Below the pieces are notes generated by a model that was not told where the DNA came from, did no database searches, and saw only the letters and a list, made by a program, of their open reading frames with translations. From positions 3,210,260 to 3,274,259 of the forward strand of contig CAJINV010000003.1 of the NCBI GenBank assembly GCA_905178155.1: DNA of 64,000 bases, read 5' to 3'. Every line of letters starts with the position of its first letter. Position 1 is the first letter of the stretch. The position numbers were made by a program, and so were the translations under genes. This DNA is from Amoebophrya sp. A120 (Eukaryota; Protista; Dinoflagellata). Below, in pieces: positions 13,901 through 26,936 of the stretch.

Positions 13901-16688
13901 ACGAAAGGCTCAACTTTTGGGATAACTTCGAGCTCTTCATTGGGATGACGCCACCGGACTACCGTTCCTACTTTCCGATCCGCCACGGGAGCTTTACGTT
14001 GCAGCCGGCGGAGGTCGCCGAGCGCCGCCGCTGGGCGCAGCTATTCCGGGACGCGCCCTACTTGTACGGTCTCCTGGATGATTCGACGGCCGTCGCGTTT
14101 CGCGAGGCACACGAGAAGGCGCCCAGAAGAAACCCACATTTTCCAGCACATGCCGAATCGTCGTCCGAGCAAGTTCTCGGACCATACGCGGCGTACAATC
14201 AGGCAATGGGTTGGGTTGGGCGGCCGGAGATTTGGTTCATTCCCCCAGAAGGGTTTAAGGGGGAGGATATTATTACCGGAAAGGCGGGCACAGATGTCGA
14301 CGACAAAAGTGGCATAAGAAACCGCGCGCAAGAGGACAACACTGCGCCATCCGCGTCCGCCAGGACCGCGCAAGAGGACACAAATGTGGCCCCCTCCGGT
14401 AAGACTACCCCGTTCCCTCGGCAGATTCTGACGAAGGAACTCACTCTGGCGCCGGTTTACGAGGTGTTGAACAGTTGGTGGCAGACGGAGCTAGCGGTGG
14501 TGCAGTGGGCCGCGGCCTTTGAGGACGGCGATGCGTACGTTAACAAAGCCCAGTATTTATCGAATGTAAAAATGTCTGGGTCTGGAAGATTGCTACATTT
14601 GTCATGCATGTCTGACATGGCTCAAGAATCTGTGATGCATGGGCATAAAGCTGTCCTCTTACCTGTCATGCAAAAACGTAGTTTGCCATGCGGAACACGC
14701 AACACATAGGAGCCCAAAAATTTGTCATGCTTGGCTCCGTATTGCAGTGGAACTCCCATTCACTTTTAGCATTACAAATTTCCAGACCCAGACATTTTTA
14801 CATTTGATAGTATTGCCGCGAGCTAGCCTACGGTCCGACCGTGGCGGTACGGGACTACGAGGAGGATTTGGCCGTCCATTTCCAGAAAGCGTTGAAAATT
14901 GGCGACGAAGTGACGACTAGCGACACGAGTACCTCCGATGGAGGAAACGCGCCGGATCACAATCGCAGCGCCAGAGCGGCCAGAGTGGGCGAGGGCACCA
15001 GCAGCGCACGTGATTCGAGCGCAAAGACGGAGGAAGATCGAGGTGGCGCGTCGTGCGAGACTCTGGGTCAACTTTGGCGAGCTTGCGAGATTCAAAAGGA
15101 GGAGAGTCCGTCGCAAGATGAAGATCGGAGCGATGAAAATCGGAGAAAAGTCGAGCAGGCATGTGTGCGCCAATTTTCTGGGGAGAAACTGCCACCGTGG
15201 GTCAAGGACATCAGTTTATCTCAGATGGAACACAAAATCTTGTCTATCTTCTGGGCGGGAGCGCTGGAAGCAGTTCCCGAGCACTTGGTCTTAAAAGACT
15301 CGAAATTCTTCCAAATGTCAGCGCCACCTGATCCAGCGAGTCGGGCCCTGGCCGAGGAAGGCCAGAGGGGTAAAACCGCGGCCAATCGTGAACAGGGGCA
15401 AGCAAGGAACAAGTCTCTGCTGCAAGAAGGTCGGGGGCTGCAAGAACGGCCTCGGACGCCGGACAGTAGTACTCCCAGAGGACAACAAGCATTTTTAAAC
15501 AAAAACACCAGTTCTCAAGCGCCTGCAGCGTCGCGGCAACTAAGCGCGCCAGCAGACCAACGAGCGGCAAACTCCAGCGTCGATCTTAGGCCGCTACACA
15601 ACTTGAAAGTCGACCTGTCGGATGACGAGAAGTGGCAACACGCACTGAGCGTGTCGCTGGAGCACTGGAACCGCGAGTGGGCAAGTGAGAAGCCGGCTCT
15701 GGTTCTGCGCAGGATTGGGTCGGCCCTGCAGACGGAAGTTTGCGACGCCACGCACGTGGCGCAGGTGGAGCGGCTGGTCACACAAGTAGAGGCGGTTCTG
15801 GACCGGACGTGCTGCAAAATCGACCAGTTTCGGCGGCTGGACCCGGAGCAGGAACACGCTTGGGTTCGGAACACGGGCCCCGTGCCGGATCCCCACATTC
15901 TGCTCGCGGAGGTCGACAGTTCCTGTCTGTGTGCGCAGCTCGACGTGGAAGCCTACACGCACAAGGTAAGGGAAACACTGGTAGAAGAGGAGAGAGAAGA
16001 GGCCGCAAAGCTGGAAAGGTCCGCGGAACGGGTGGCCGAACGCGCAGAGGAGCTGCTGACAGCTTTGCAAAAACTTCGTTCTGACGAATTGAAGAAAATG
16101 GTCGCCGCAGAGAAAACTATCCACGACGAAGAAGCAGCCACTGGGCCGTCCGGAGGACATGATCTTCACCCGGCGCAAAGCTCGCTCGGGACCACGACGA
16201 GGAGGTTGACGGCAGGTGTTGAACATGATCTCCAAGAATCACACCCGAGGGGTCTCGCCAGCGCAATCGAAAGTTTGGCCGAGGGGGAGGTGGATCCAGT
16301 TGCTGTGGTGGCGAAGGACGACGTTGCCGTTGGGGATCTGTCGGCGGACGAGCGCAGTGATGCGCAAAAGATCTTGGACGAAGCCAAGCGCTTGAAAGAC
16401 GAGAAGCCACACAGTGTCTTCGGGCAGCGGCTCAATCTGGGTTCCGAGGTACAGCCGCCCCCGCATATCACTTTTGCGAGGAAAGTCGATCGGGCGGACA
16501 GGATGTCAAGGAGTGGCCCACCGGCGGGGAAGAGCGAGTTCGAAGCGGGACGATGGGGGGCCACAACTGCGACGTCTTCCGATAGAACAGCTTGGGTGTT
16601 CGAGCCCCTCCGCCACAATCAGGACAGAAACTGGAACTGGCAGTACAGTTACGCGCCGGACAATGCGGAGTTGCCGTCCGACGTATGA
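10963..16688 (+). CDS. RING-H2-type protein with N-terminal hydrophobic segment, a TM helix and coiled-coil; ORFs joined across a 257-nt non-canonical intron (about 14553..14809)
   Basis: CPFC..C-ET-H-VM-H-YR-C with a distal CPMCR, and TM FFLMYFPPLVLFAFFFLI. Removing 257 nt gives ...KAQYCRELAYGPTVAVRDYEE in frame with the 14841 ORF. Confidence 0.7.
14558..14809. mobile_element. Introner/MITE-like element E1 (non-canonical intron)
   Basis: 30-bp TIRs at 14558..14587 (tatcgaatgtaaaaatgtctgggtctggaa) and 14780..14809, 29/30 complementary. Flanking duplication GTATT at 14553..14557 and 14810..14814. Confidence 0.93.
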
Positions 16689-17017
16689 GACCAAAAAGTG
16701 TCATATTCCTGGAGATGCAGATAAACGGCACTGCTGAGTCTTCCGTCGAAGATGAAAACCTGATGCATAAGTGGTGTGTGACCTCCTCGCGGTTTCTCTG
16801 CGGGAGCTAAAAATCGCTCGTGTAGTATTCGAGGGCAGCAGCGTCCGCTTGGAAAGTGCTGCTTGGGGTGGAATTTCCACTTCCGTAGTATCTACGATTT
16901 GCTGGCTCATAAAGAAGCAAGTGCTTGTCATCCTCGCGTGCTTAATCTATCAACTGCCACGTCAGTTAATTTTTTCGGGAGAAGAGACACTTTTTCTTTT
17001 GCTTTTGAAAACGATAT

Positions 17018-18294
17018 ATGGAGTATTTTTTTCGCAACTTTCTCGCGCCTGACTTCGCTGCTATTCCCGATGCCAGACTGAGGTACCAGTTCGCACTACT
17101 TCGCAGAATTGCAGACGCGATGGCAAGCGAGAGCACCTATGAAACCCGGCACACGTTTTGGTCCGAAACTGCCGAACGGCGGAAGCTGCGGCAAAAACTC
17201 TATAAAGTGTTTGAGAAGTCGCAATACACCTGGTTTCGAACGGGTGCCGACGTTTTGGCGCAAGGCGAAAATAATGGGTACGCAAAAACTTCGACCAGCA
17301 GGATGACTGGCTTGGATGCCCAGCTTCATTGGTTGAAGCCAGCGACAGAGGTGAAAACAGGAGAAAGCAACAGCACAGGCTCAGAGGACGATGAAGAAAC
17401 AGCTTCTCCTAGCAAGATGGCTCTCTTGATTTTCCCGCACGACAAGCCGCTAGACTACTACACAACTTGGAAAGTGACTGATTTAGCAACCCCGGGGTTC
17501 ACCCGGCGCTTGCGTTTCGACTCCTTGGCCGCGTTCTTGGCCATAGACAACCCCGATCCTTTCGCGGACACGGATTCTCTCAATGCGGTAAGTCATACTC
17601 GTATAGGAGTTTGAACGCGTAGTCATAAGGAGTATAAATCTTTTCTAAGCACGTTAACTCAATGATCTTCTACTTATGCTTAATGAACCCTGATGGAATG
17701 AATTCGGTGAAGGGCGCTCGTGTAGCGTCCTTGTTTAAATTTAGTTTACGCCAAGAACCTGTGATCGCTCAGATTCTATTCCCGCTGATGTGGCACATTT
17801 CGGGCACCCTGGGCGTGAGTGAGGTGATGGCCTATGACCACCTGCACAACAACAAAGAGCTGGATTCCGTGACACAGTTGTCCGCGTCTTGCCTGCAAAT
17901 GGTGAACGATGTGGTGAATCACTTGGACTTGAAGTACCTGCCCCGGATCGGCGTTTTCGCGTCCCAATTTGCGAACAAAAGTGAACGCCTTCGCGAGTTC
18001 AGGAAGTTTGTCGAAGCGGGGCAGCAGATGCCACGAGCGAACGATACGGGGATTTCCGCTAGTACTCGCGCTGCAGCAGGTAACAATCCTGCTGCTGCGA
18101 GTCCTCGGAATGCTGAGATCAGGATAGATTTTGCTGAGGTCGAGTCCACGGTCGGCCTCCTGGGGTTGTCAGAAGACGAGAAGTCCGAAGGAAGTCATCG
18201 GAACAAAAACCAGGGGCTATTGAGGAAAGACCGCCTCTTGGAAGGCGTTTTGGCCAAAGACCGTGGGCATGAACATACGGCAAGAAATTTTTGA
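17018..18294 (+). CDS. Hypothetical protein, two exons (probable intron 17588..17772)
   Basis: Two coding-like ORFs. A GTAAGT donor at 17588 and the in-frame CAG at 17772 join them. No recognisable domain. Confidence 0.6.
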
Positions 18295-19010
18295 AAATGC
18301 TTGTTTTTTTCGACAAAAAATTATGTTACAGCACAGCCAGAGAAAATGCAATCGCGGTTTCTTTGCGCTGTCCAGATAGAGACTCAGAATTTCGAGAATA
18401 TTAGTTGTCGCCTTCGTAACAAACGTTGCCTACCTAATGCATGCTTTTTGTACAATAAGAATAAATCACACTATGCCCACTACATCGTGGTCTGACGTTG
18501 ATACATCAAATTTTCACCGGTTACGTTATGGATTTCGTCGGACCTCTTTGCCGGTCTTCTTTACCTTGTCTGTTGCAACCCACACACAGTAGTACGACTT
18601 TGTCTTTCCCGCTCTTGATTTGTTGGCAAACGATAGCTGGGAAGGTTTCTATCAAAAAGAAAGGTTTTAGCAATCTGCTTGTTTGTAAAAAGAGAATACA
18701 GACATGTGGATAGCCCGTCTTGAAATTTCCGGCGAAATGTGACGCAAAAACAGGAGCAAAAACGCCGCAGGTACCTGCAAGACGATGAACCTTCTTTCAT
18801 TCGTCCTCTCATTTCGGCTGGTTATTCAGTTTTCATTCTTCGTTGCCACCAGAATCGGTTGCCTTCGCTCTGTTTCGAAAGACAAAAATGGCTCTCTATT
18901 GTCACACTTTACGCATGAATCTTCAACAAGTGATATCGTTAGATAAGGCAACTTCTTTTCGTTTTTGTTGTTATACCGCAACCTACTAGCCTCTTTCAGA
19001 TCGCGTCAGA

Positions 19011-22000
19011 ATGGACGACGGTTTTGACTCAGATCAGGACACGGGCGGGTGGGGGTCTGGGTTGACGTCGAAAAACCTGACGTCCAAGAACAACGACCTC
19101 GACCTCTTCGCGCCCAAGCCCTCTGCACAAGCGGATACTCTCGTCTTCAGTTCCCCAGATACCTCGCCCTTGCGCGGCCTGGGGTCTTCAAACCAGTTGC
19201 CGAGCACGATTACCGCAGCGCAACAGCGCGCACCTGGTGCACCAGCAGCGCGGGAGGAGTTTACCATCGGGAGTTCGTCTGCAAGCTCAGCCACCGAGGA
19301 CGGGTTCGAGATGGTCGGTGGACAGAGTTTGCTACCAAAAGGTGCCGACCCCTTCGAATTACTAACGCCAACAAGCAGCCTGAACGCTAGTGCTAGTGCT
19401 GCTTCTGCTCCAGCGGCTTCGACTAATTTGTTTCCCAGCACTGACACGAATTTTGCTGTCAACGCCGGTACTGATATCTTGTAGAAGAAGACGGCTCCGC
19501 TGTTCCCTAAAGCAGAAAGATTGATGCGAAGGAGCTTCTTCGTGGTGTGTGGACCTACTTACCTTGCTTGCTCGAGAAAAAAATGGCTATGTGCCTGTGC
19601 TGTTTTCATCAGCGACGTTGAAAATCTAAACGGAACTCAATAGGTGGCTTTCCGGCGAGCAATCCTCTCACGAGCGATTCCTTCGCTGCACCTTTTGAGG
19701 ACCTCTCCGGGAGCGATAACTTCGCTACGGGCTTTGACGACTTCAGCGCGCCCGCGGCTGTTCGGCAAAACAAGAATGATGTGGAGTCCATGTTCGATGC
19801 GAATTTTGAAGAGTTCGCAGCAGAGGTAGGGACCGCGCAGAAGCCTCCACCAAAATCTACTGCACCGAAGCCCGCAGTGAAAGCCAAGGTGAAGCCCAAA
19901 GTGAAGGCAGCGCCAGCGCCGCAAGCACCCGCTAGTAGAGCAGTTCTTGTGCAGCAACCTGGAGGTGGGCCCGTTGCACCGGCGAAGCAACCTCCTGCAG
20001 TTTCCGCAGGGGTGAAAGCGCCGGCCTTTGACTTTGATGTGGACGTGGATACGGTCGAGCACGTGGGGACAACTAGCGCGAAAGCGAACGTAAACCGCAT
20101 ATCGGGGTCGCTGTATGGTCAAATCGATCCCACGGAATCCGAAGTGGGCAAGGAGGAACTGTTTTTCGATCTAGAGGCGGGCGGCTTCTCGCAGGACGGC
20201 TACGCGCTTGCTGGGGCCTCGGGGTAAGGAACAGATAACAAAGTTTTGTAGGGCGAACAAGTGAAAGATCTTGTTTTTGGTTGGAATTATGAATTATGTT
20301 CAAAAGCGTCTACTTCTATACGACCATTTTCTTGTAGGCGAGAAGGTTCAGGTTGATTTTTGCTGCGCAAGACTGTTCTTGCACCACGGGCAGTTCCTTT
20401 GAAGTCGTATAGTAAAAATGGACGAGAACAACATCCTGTCAAAAATAACAGCGCTAAGGGTGGTAAGAGCAGCCCGTGCTGCCGGCTGTTTGTGTACCTG
20501 AGGAACTGGTGCCTCTACCGCTTCGGCTGTCGCCGGTTCTGCACGGTGCTCCTGGTCTGCGGCACTCTCGCGTTTTATGACAGTGCACAACTATATCTAC
20601 TCCCCCTTATTTGTGATGCAATTTACCAAATCCACACCGTGCCTTGAAGCACTGTTTGCATCACAAGTTCTGGCCGCCCAAGTAGCAATACATTCCTGTG
20701 CAGATTTGAGATGCAAAACCTGCATTCTTGCTGACATTTGTATTGCTGTTCATGCCATACAAATGAGGGGAAGGGGGAGTTGTGCACAGTCATACGTTTT
20801 TCGTGTCCTCGTACTTTTTCGGCACGGAGCGGGTCATGGACGAAAGCCAGAAAATCGGAAAGAAGGTCCTGAATGCGTCGATCAAACACGGGTCGGCGGC
20901 GTACGAGGAGTCGAAGAAGTGGGTGAGCACGGGCAAAGACGTGGTCGTGGATATGTACAACAAGGCCACAACGCCCAAGGAGGATCCTTTTTCGGCCCGA
21001 GCAGGAGCAGCCAACAAGAGGAAAAGGGGCGGGGGTGGCAACAAGGGCGCAGGAGACCCATTTGCAGCAAGGGGCCGCGGGGGTGGTTCCGGCCCGGAGG
21101 AGGACGCCGAGCCAGAAGAGAGCGGAGCGGCACAACTAAACCCGGGCAGGAAGAGTGCAGAGGAAATAAATCGCGGTGAGGGGGACGTGCACGAGGAGGA
21201 TGCTGCAGGGTCGACGCGCGGAGAGGAGCCAACGGCAGACAAAGCGTTGATTTCGCAATTGCGGTCCGCGGTCGAAGAGCACCAGAGCGAGCTGCGTCTG
21301 AAGGAGAAGGAGCTCAACGAGAAAACGCGGGAAGCCGGGATGTGGCATATTACAATGAAAAATGCCCCCACCCCCGAACTTGGGCGCATGAAACATTTGC
21401 CCTCTTGCATCGATCTATCAGCATCACAGGTTTCCAACGCCTGCGGAGGCTTGCCTCCCCAGCGATAATGGACAATGGCAATGTCGGCGCGGTTGTTTTA
21501 GCATCACAGGTTTCCAATCGTGAATAGCAAATATTTGTAATGCAAAAGACCCCAGCAAGAGGTGCGCTTGTCATACAAGCGATGCGATGCACGCCTATAC
21601 TCTGCATCAGAAACATTCATACTCCTTTCATGCATGGCAAAAAGTTTTCATTTGGAAACTTCGCATCACTTTGGGGGTCGGGGCATTTTTCACTTTAATA
21701 TGGCAGCAGGAGGTGACCTCCCTCCGGCAAAAGCTCGTCGCCGCGGAAGCCGCGTCCAAATCCCACGTCCAAGAGGCGGAATCACTGCGGGCGCGGGTCT
21801 CGCAGCTCGAAGCAGAACGGCGGTCCTTACTCGCTACTAGCAGCGGGGGAAATGAAAATCTTCCAGCGCAAAGTAGAACGAAGCAAGAGCTTCAGCACCC
21901 AGAGAAGGTCGCTGGTGCAGCCGCGATCAGTGAGGACCAGAATCAAGTGAGCTCTACTACTTCCGCGCCGTCCAAGGAAGTGGCGCAGCCGGATAATGCC

Positions 22001-22633
22001 CTCGCGCAAAATAGTAAGCCTATTGAGGATGATCCTGCTGGTTTTGCGAAAAATGCGGAACTGAAGCTCACCGATGCGTCAAAAGACGCACCGGATGCTG
22101 CGACCGACGGTGGGACGAACAATCATGCGGCTAAGCCCGAGGAGGAGGAGGAGGACGACAGCGACGACGGAGTCGAGCCGGGGGCTGAGGAAGGAAAAAA
22201 GGACGACAACCCTGCAGCCTCTGCCGGCACAGACGGAGGTTCTGCAGGGCAAACCGCACCGGCTGGCGTGGGTTTGACGGCAGCAGCGGCAGAACAAACC
22301 ACGACGACGTTCACTTCTACGGCGTCCTCGACGGAAGCGCCTACAACCACCACGCTGGCTACAACTACAACAAGTACAACAACACCTACGTCGAGTACAA
22401 CAACCACTAGCTCCTCGCAAGAACCGGCAACCACTACTCAGTCTAGTAACTACCCAACAGCAGAGGTTCCAAACGCCCAAGCTTCTTCAGTCGCTGCCAA
22501 TAGCGGTACCGATTCTGGAGCAGTAGATCCCTTTGCAGCGAAACAGCCCAGGGTGCAAGCTTCCAGCACGGCGCCACGGAAAAAGAAGCGCAAAACCAAG
22601 AGCAAATCTCGACCAAGGCCGACGCAGAACTAA
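19011..22633 (+). CDS. Hypothetical single-pass membrane protein with coiled-coil and Thr-rich tail; introns 19468..19643, probably 20224..20412, and elements E2 and E3
   Basis: GT-AG intron 19468..19643 restores the frame. Removing E2 builds the continuous TM helix FCTVLLVCGTLAFFVSSYFFG, and removing E3 gives AGMWQQEVTSLRQK inside a coiled-coil. The second intron's acceptor is uncertain, so this could be two genes. Confidence 0.62.
20576..20794. mobile_element. Introner/MITE-like element E2 (non-canonical intron, 224 nt removed)
   Basis: TIRs tatgacagtgcacaact / agttgtgcacagtcata (16/17) with imperfect inward extension. Flanking duplication CGTTT at 20571..20575 and 20795..20799. Confidence 0.9.
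21348..21700. mobile_element. Introner/MITE-like element E3 (non-canonical intron, 358 nt removed)
   Basis: Imperfect TIRs of about 31 bp (tattacaatgaaaaatgcccccacccccgaa / tttgggggtcggggcatttttcactttaata). Flanking duplication TGGCA at 21343..21347 and 21701..21705. Internal direct repeat agcatcacaggtttccaa at 21420 and 21500. Confidence 0.92.
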
Positions 22634-23230
22634 AGGAATCACTTGGAATTTTTGTACTCCCTTCTTGTCTATAGCGCATAAGTATCAAGTTCAAGTAGTA
22701 ATAGGACATACCACCAGGTAGTGCCAGAAAACACAACGCATCTGTTCTTCTCATGCACAGAACTTCCTATTTGATCCGCGATTTCTTGACACTCAAAATG
22801 CGTTCGGCAAGAGAGTTTGACTTTCCACTGGCGATAGACGATCAAAGTGAAAGAATGGGCGGACAGAGGATCAAAAAGAGGCAATAGATCCAGAGACCTT
22901 GTAGTAAGTTCCTCCCGCCTAATATGTGATAAATCAATGACATTGGTCGTGATTCATGATCAGGTGTCGCCGTCGCGATCTCAATTGGTCCTCTACTGTG
23001 GAATATCAGACGTGATCTTTCTGTTGATCGTTTTTGCTTTGTCATTCCGCCAGGCTGATTCTGCTGATCTAGCTCTCGTAAGCACTTTATGCTTGCTAAA
23101 AACCTACTATGAAAGACTTCTGAGATAATTCGTCCTTCCATGTCGACTTTGATATGATTGGCTCGCCGTCCTGTTTTCCTTTTTTGAAGAGCGATTTTAT
23201 TTCATCTAGGAAAGCAAATAATATAGAAAA

Positions 23231-24775
23231 ATGTTGACGCAAAAACAGAATATCGAAGTTGTGAAGCGAGGTACGATAGACGACGCGCTGGCGTGCCTAC
23301 TGGAGGAAGAAGAGATCGCCCTCATGGCTGAACTCAAGAAAGAACGGCGTGAGCCATTAGCGCCGCTTTCCCTACCCTACCAGGAGCTGCGGCAGAGGGT
23401 CTTGCACCGGCTTCAGGAACAGGATTCGGACCGGAGAATTGTGGCCGCCCGATTGTGCTTGGAAGACCTGTCGGTCGACCTCCAGATGCAGCACGTGTCG
23501 GAGTTCCTCGAGGAAGTGCTGCCCGCGACCTACGTGCCGCCGGTCGAAGCCATGCCGGACTGGAGCTGGTGTTTCGAGGAAACCCTGTGCACGAGTCACG
23601 GCGACGTGTACCCGCCTTCCGACGATACATTTTTGCTACTAGAGACCATTTTGCGAAGCGGGGAGCATTTCAAGGCCTGGCGTTCTTCGTCCGAGGAAGT
23701 AGATCGTGCTGCACAAGCCGCTGCTGCTGGGTCGTCCTGCGGTGACACTACTACATCAAAGACGTCCATCACCGTTCTCGAAGTCGGTTGCGGAAGTGGG
23801 TTAATTTCGGCCTCCATTTTGAGGGCGTTGCGCGCCACGAGGAGGTACAGCGACGTATTCACATTTGCGACCGATATCAACCCGGCAGCAGTCGCTTTTA
23901 CGCGCGAACTCCTCGAAACGCGTGTTGTGCCGCAGGTGCAGGGAACAGTGGTGAAAAGAGAAGGAGATTATGGTGACGCCACAGCTAGTCGTCCTGTGGA
24001 AAAAACGACATCAGCGACATTGGGATTATCTGCGACTGCGAAACACTGCATGTTGCAGTTGTCCACGACAGATGAGAAGGACACAGTTTCCAAGAACCGG
24101 GGCGATCTTCAAGATGCGGGCGATATGGTAGCGAAGGCACGCGCGGCGGCCATGTCGTCGGAGGCGACAAAGCTCAGCCAAGTAGCTGAGCAGACTGACA
24201 GTGCTGGAGAGGCATCTTCGCCGAGGGAGGGAGAGAATGGCGAAAGGGTAGCTGTGGAGCAAGAAGTGGAGCCACAGCACCAGCACCAGCAGCGAAAGGT
24301 TGTGGAAGAGGAACTGGACCACACGCTGGGGGAAGTCGATTTGCAGCAGAGAGCGAAATGCCGGCAACCGGAGACCGCGGTGGACATTCATGTTCATGTG
24401 CAGGAGGATAATTTCTTCGACACGATGCTGACTGACAAACGAGTCCAGCCACAGAGCGTGGACCTACTAGTGTTCAACCCGCCATATGTAGTCACAGACG
24501 AAGGTGTGATCCACGGAGAAACGGACGGCCCCATTGACCGTGCATGGGCCGGCGGTGCGCGAGGTCGCGAGGTGATTGATGAGATGCTTCCGAGGGTCAA
24601 AAGCGTGCTGAGACCCGGGTCGGGCCGGTTCTACCTGTGCGGCATCGCGGAAAACGACCCGTGCGACATCATCGAATTTGCCAGCGATCACGGGCTCAAA
24701 GGGAAGCTGCTAGCGCAGGAGCAGCAAGGCATTGAAGAGCTTTACGTATTGGAATTCCGTGTTGCGGAATGCTGA
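23231..24775 (+). CDS. N6AMT1: HemK2/N6AMT1 (Mtq2)-like eRF1 glutamine methyltransferase
   Basis: VYPPSDDTFLLL, VLEVGCGSG (SAM motif I), TDINPAAV, DLLVFNPPYV and WAGGARGREVID. Confidence 0.9.
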   Translation: MLTQKQNIEVVKRGTIDDALACLLEEEEIALMAELKKERREPLAPLSLPYQELRQRVLHRLQEQDSDRRIVAARLCLEDLSVDLQMQHVSEFLEEVLPATYVPPVEAMPDWSWCFEETLCTSHGDVYPPSDDTFLLLETILRSGEHFKAWRSSSEEVDRAAQAAAAGSSCGDTTTSKTSITVLEVGCGSGLISASILRALRATRRYSDVFTFATDINPAAVAFTRELLETRVVPQVQGTVVKREGDYGDATASRPVEKTTSATLGLSATAKHCMLQLSTTDEKDTVSKNRGDLQDAGDMVAKARAAAMSSEATKLSQVAEQTDSAGEASSPREGENGERVAVEQEVEPQHQHQQRKVVEEELDHTLGEVDLQQRAKCRQPETAVDIHVHVQEDNFFDTMLTDKRVQPQSVDLLVFNPPYVVTDEGVIHGETDGPIDRAWAGGARGREVIDEMLPRVKSVLRPGSGRFYLCGIAENDPCDIIEFASDHGLKGKLLAQEQQGIEELYVLEFRVAEC

Positions 24776-25240
24776 AGCTTGTTTCAGACGGCAGAGCGGC
24801 TCCGGTAGTCGTGTCTGGCTCGTCGAGTGACTGTAAAATGGCTGAAACGATGATGTGGACGATATTCATAAAGCTGTACTCAAGCGACAAACGACACATG
24901 TGTGCCAAAGCGATTTTATCTCGGAGGCAATCCCAACATGCAGTTGTAATTACGTGAAATGTTTTATCTCAATTTTTTTGTTCAATATCAATGTCAGACT
25001 TTGTGTTTGTTCTTTTCAAAAGAGTAGTCGTGTAATTGACTTTCGTGGTATTTCACCTCTAGTTTGTCGATGTTTTCGTTTCCGCCGCGCAGGAATGAAG
25101 AGAAGATTCGTTGCGGATGATGGAAAATAGATCGAATGCGTTTTTTTTTTCGTACGTTGTCCCGCCAGTGTCACAGTTTTACAGTCTTGTGATTGGTCTC
25201 GGTGGCGCTTACAACCAATTTCTAGAAGTCGTTATTCGAC

Positions 25241-26233
25241 ATGTGGGCACCTGCATCCTCGAGCTCACTTCCAACGCCAGGGACGCTGGTAGGCCTGCGT
25301 GGGGCCGTCGCGGGAGACTCTGTACACGACGACCTCCGACCGCCCCAACAAACGAGCGAGCTGTCAACTTTTGATCGGTGGAAATGTCAGCTATTCGGCC
25401 AAAACGCACTGAAGTGGTGGAAAGTAGAAACGCTGGCTCACGCGTTGTCGGCGATGAGGGCAGCACCGGACTTCTACTGTGTGCGTTGTCCGCCAAAATG
25501 TGGTCACGTTGCCGGCTTTTCGCCGGAGAAGAACGCGGTAGGAACCAAGAGACATAGTTTTTTGCGTAGTTTCTTGCATGAAATCTTCTTTGGATCGCCA
25601 TGCTAGTTCCTTGTGTTGAGGTTTCGAGCACTGAAACAGTCGCATTTATTTACTTGTACTTTATGGCTCCAGGTCTGGATATGTGGGAACTTGGTTCACA
25701 ACCCGTTTGAGTTCCGTCGCCTGCTGGCCCACGAGCTGGTTCACGCCTTTGATTACGCCCGGGCGCACATGAGAACGCGTGAGCACCTGCTTTGCACGGA
25801 AATCCGGGCCTGGTCGCTGTCTGGCCAGTGCGATCTGTGGGTAAATTTCTGGAAGTTTCTGGGTGACGACATGATCGACCGCAAGCAGCGCTGTGTCAAG
25901 GAGAACGCCCTGCTCAGTGTCCGGCAAAAAGAAATCTCGGCAGGGACAACACGAAGAGGAAGATCTACTGCGTCCACGCTTAAACCACAAGAACTTAACA
26001 CCGACTCCGTCGGTCTTGGGGCTATGGTTGAAGGGAAGCCAGGAGGCAGTATGGAAGGTGGAGTGAAGCTCGAGCTGCTGCCCGTAGTAAAGCGTGACGG
26101 AAATATAACTAAGCCTGAGAGGACGGGAGCTATTGACGCGGAAATTTTCAGACAGTGTTACGACGACCACTGGCCGTTCACGGCGAAAGCACACCTTGAT
26201 ACGTCTTGGCGCAAGCCCGCGCGTGGAGCATAG
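25241..26233 (+). CDS. ATP23: Mitochondrial inner-membrane metalloprotease ATP23 (peptidase M76); join(25241..25537,25673..26233)
   Basis: After a 135-nt GT-AG intron the protein reads AGFSPEKNA|VWICGN, followed by HELVHAFD (HExxH), CTEIRAWSLSGQC, QRCVK..A..SV and F..CY.DH.PF. Confidence 0.88.
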
Positions 26234-26936
26234 GGGATCTCTGAGGATGAGCAACCGAAGGCTGCTGCAGGTACTGACGACGGCCATGTTGCCTCCTGTG
26301 GGGCTATTGATTCTACCCTAGTGTTTGTACATGATCCTCGTCGGAGTCGTCAGCTTCAGAGCAGCGAAATATTGTTGATTTATATGGCCAGCGGTCTTGC
26401 TCACTGGCTTGCTTGAAGATCCTCGGACGAGTAAGTACAGGCGTGCCTCTCCTGCTGCAAGATCCTAGCTACGAGCGGTCTTATCATTGTCATGAGCATG
26501 ATGTCGCTCCTCGGGATCTAGATCATCTCATTGATGTGTGGCTCTCACTGCGCGATTCCGATTTGATCTATCTGAAGATCTGCAATTGATGGCGCTCATT
26601 TGCATTTTTACACGCAGCGGCGACGTCTCCGCAGCGTCACGAGAGATCCGTGCTTTGCTCTTGCGTTGCTTTCGCGATGATTCCGGTACATCTGATCCTT
26701 GTTTTTTCTATAGTTTGCTCTTCATCCCTCACCCTCCTCGAGCAGCTGAGATGTGTATGGAACAGCACCTGAAAAAATCTCAATTTTACACTCAACATCT
26801 GAAGAAAATATCTGACATGGAGCCGCAGCAGCCGAATATTTTTTTGAAATCTATGTTTTGCTCTGCACCTGGAAAATAAACGCAGACTTGATCTGCGTCG
26901 AATTCGATACAAGACTCACAGCATACAGCTATTGCA

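Noticed and set aside
14618-14626. tggctcaag resembling the end of the dinoflagellate spliced leader
   Set aside because: Only 9 nt match, it lies inside element E1, and the upstream CCGTAGCCATTT part is absent.
20224-20337. Strong-looking acceptor ttttcttgtag at 20337
   Set aside because: It leads to TGA at 20354. The AG at 20412 keeps the frame. This is unresolved without transcripts.
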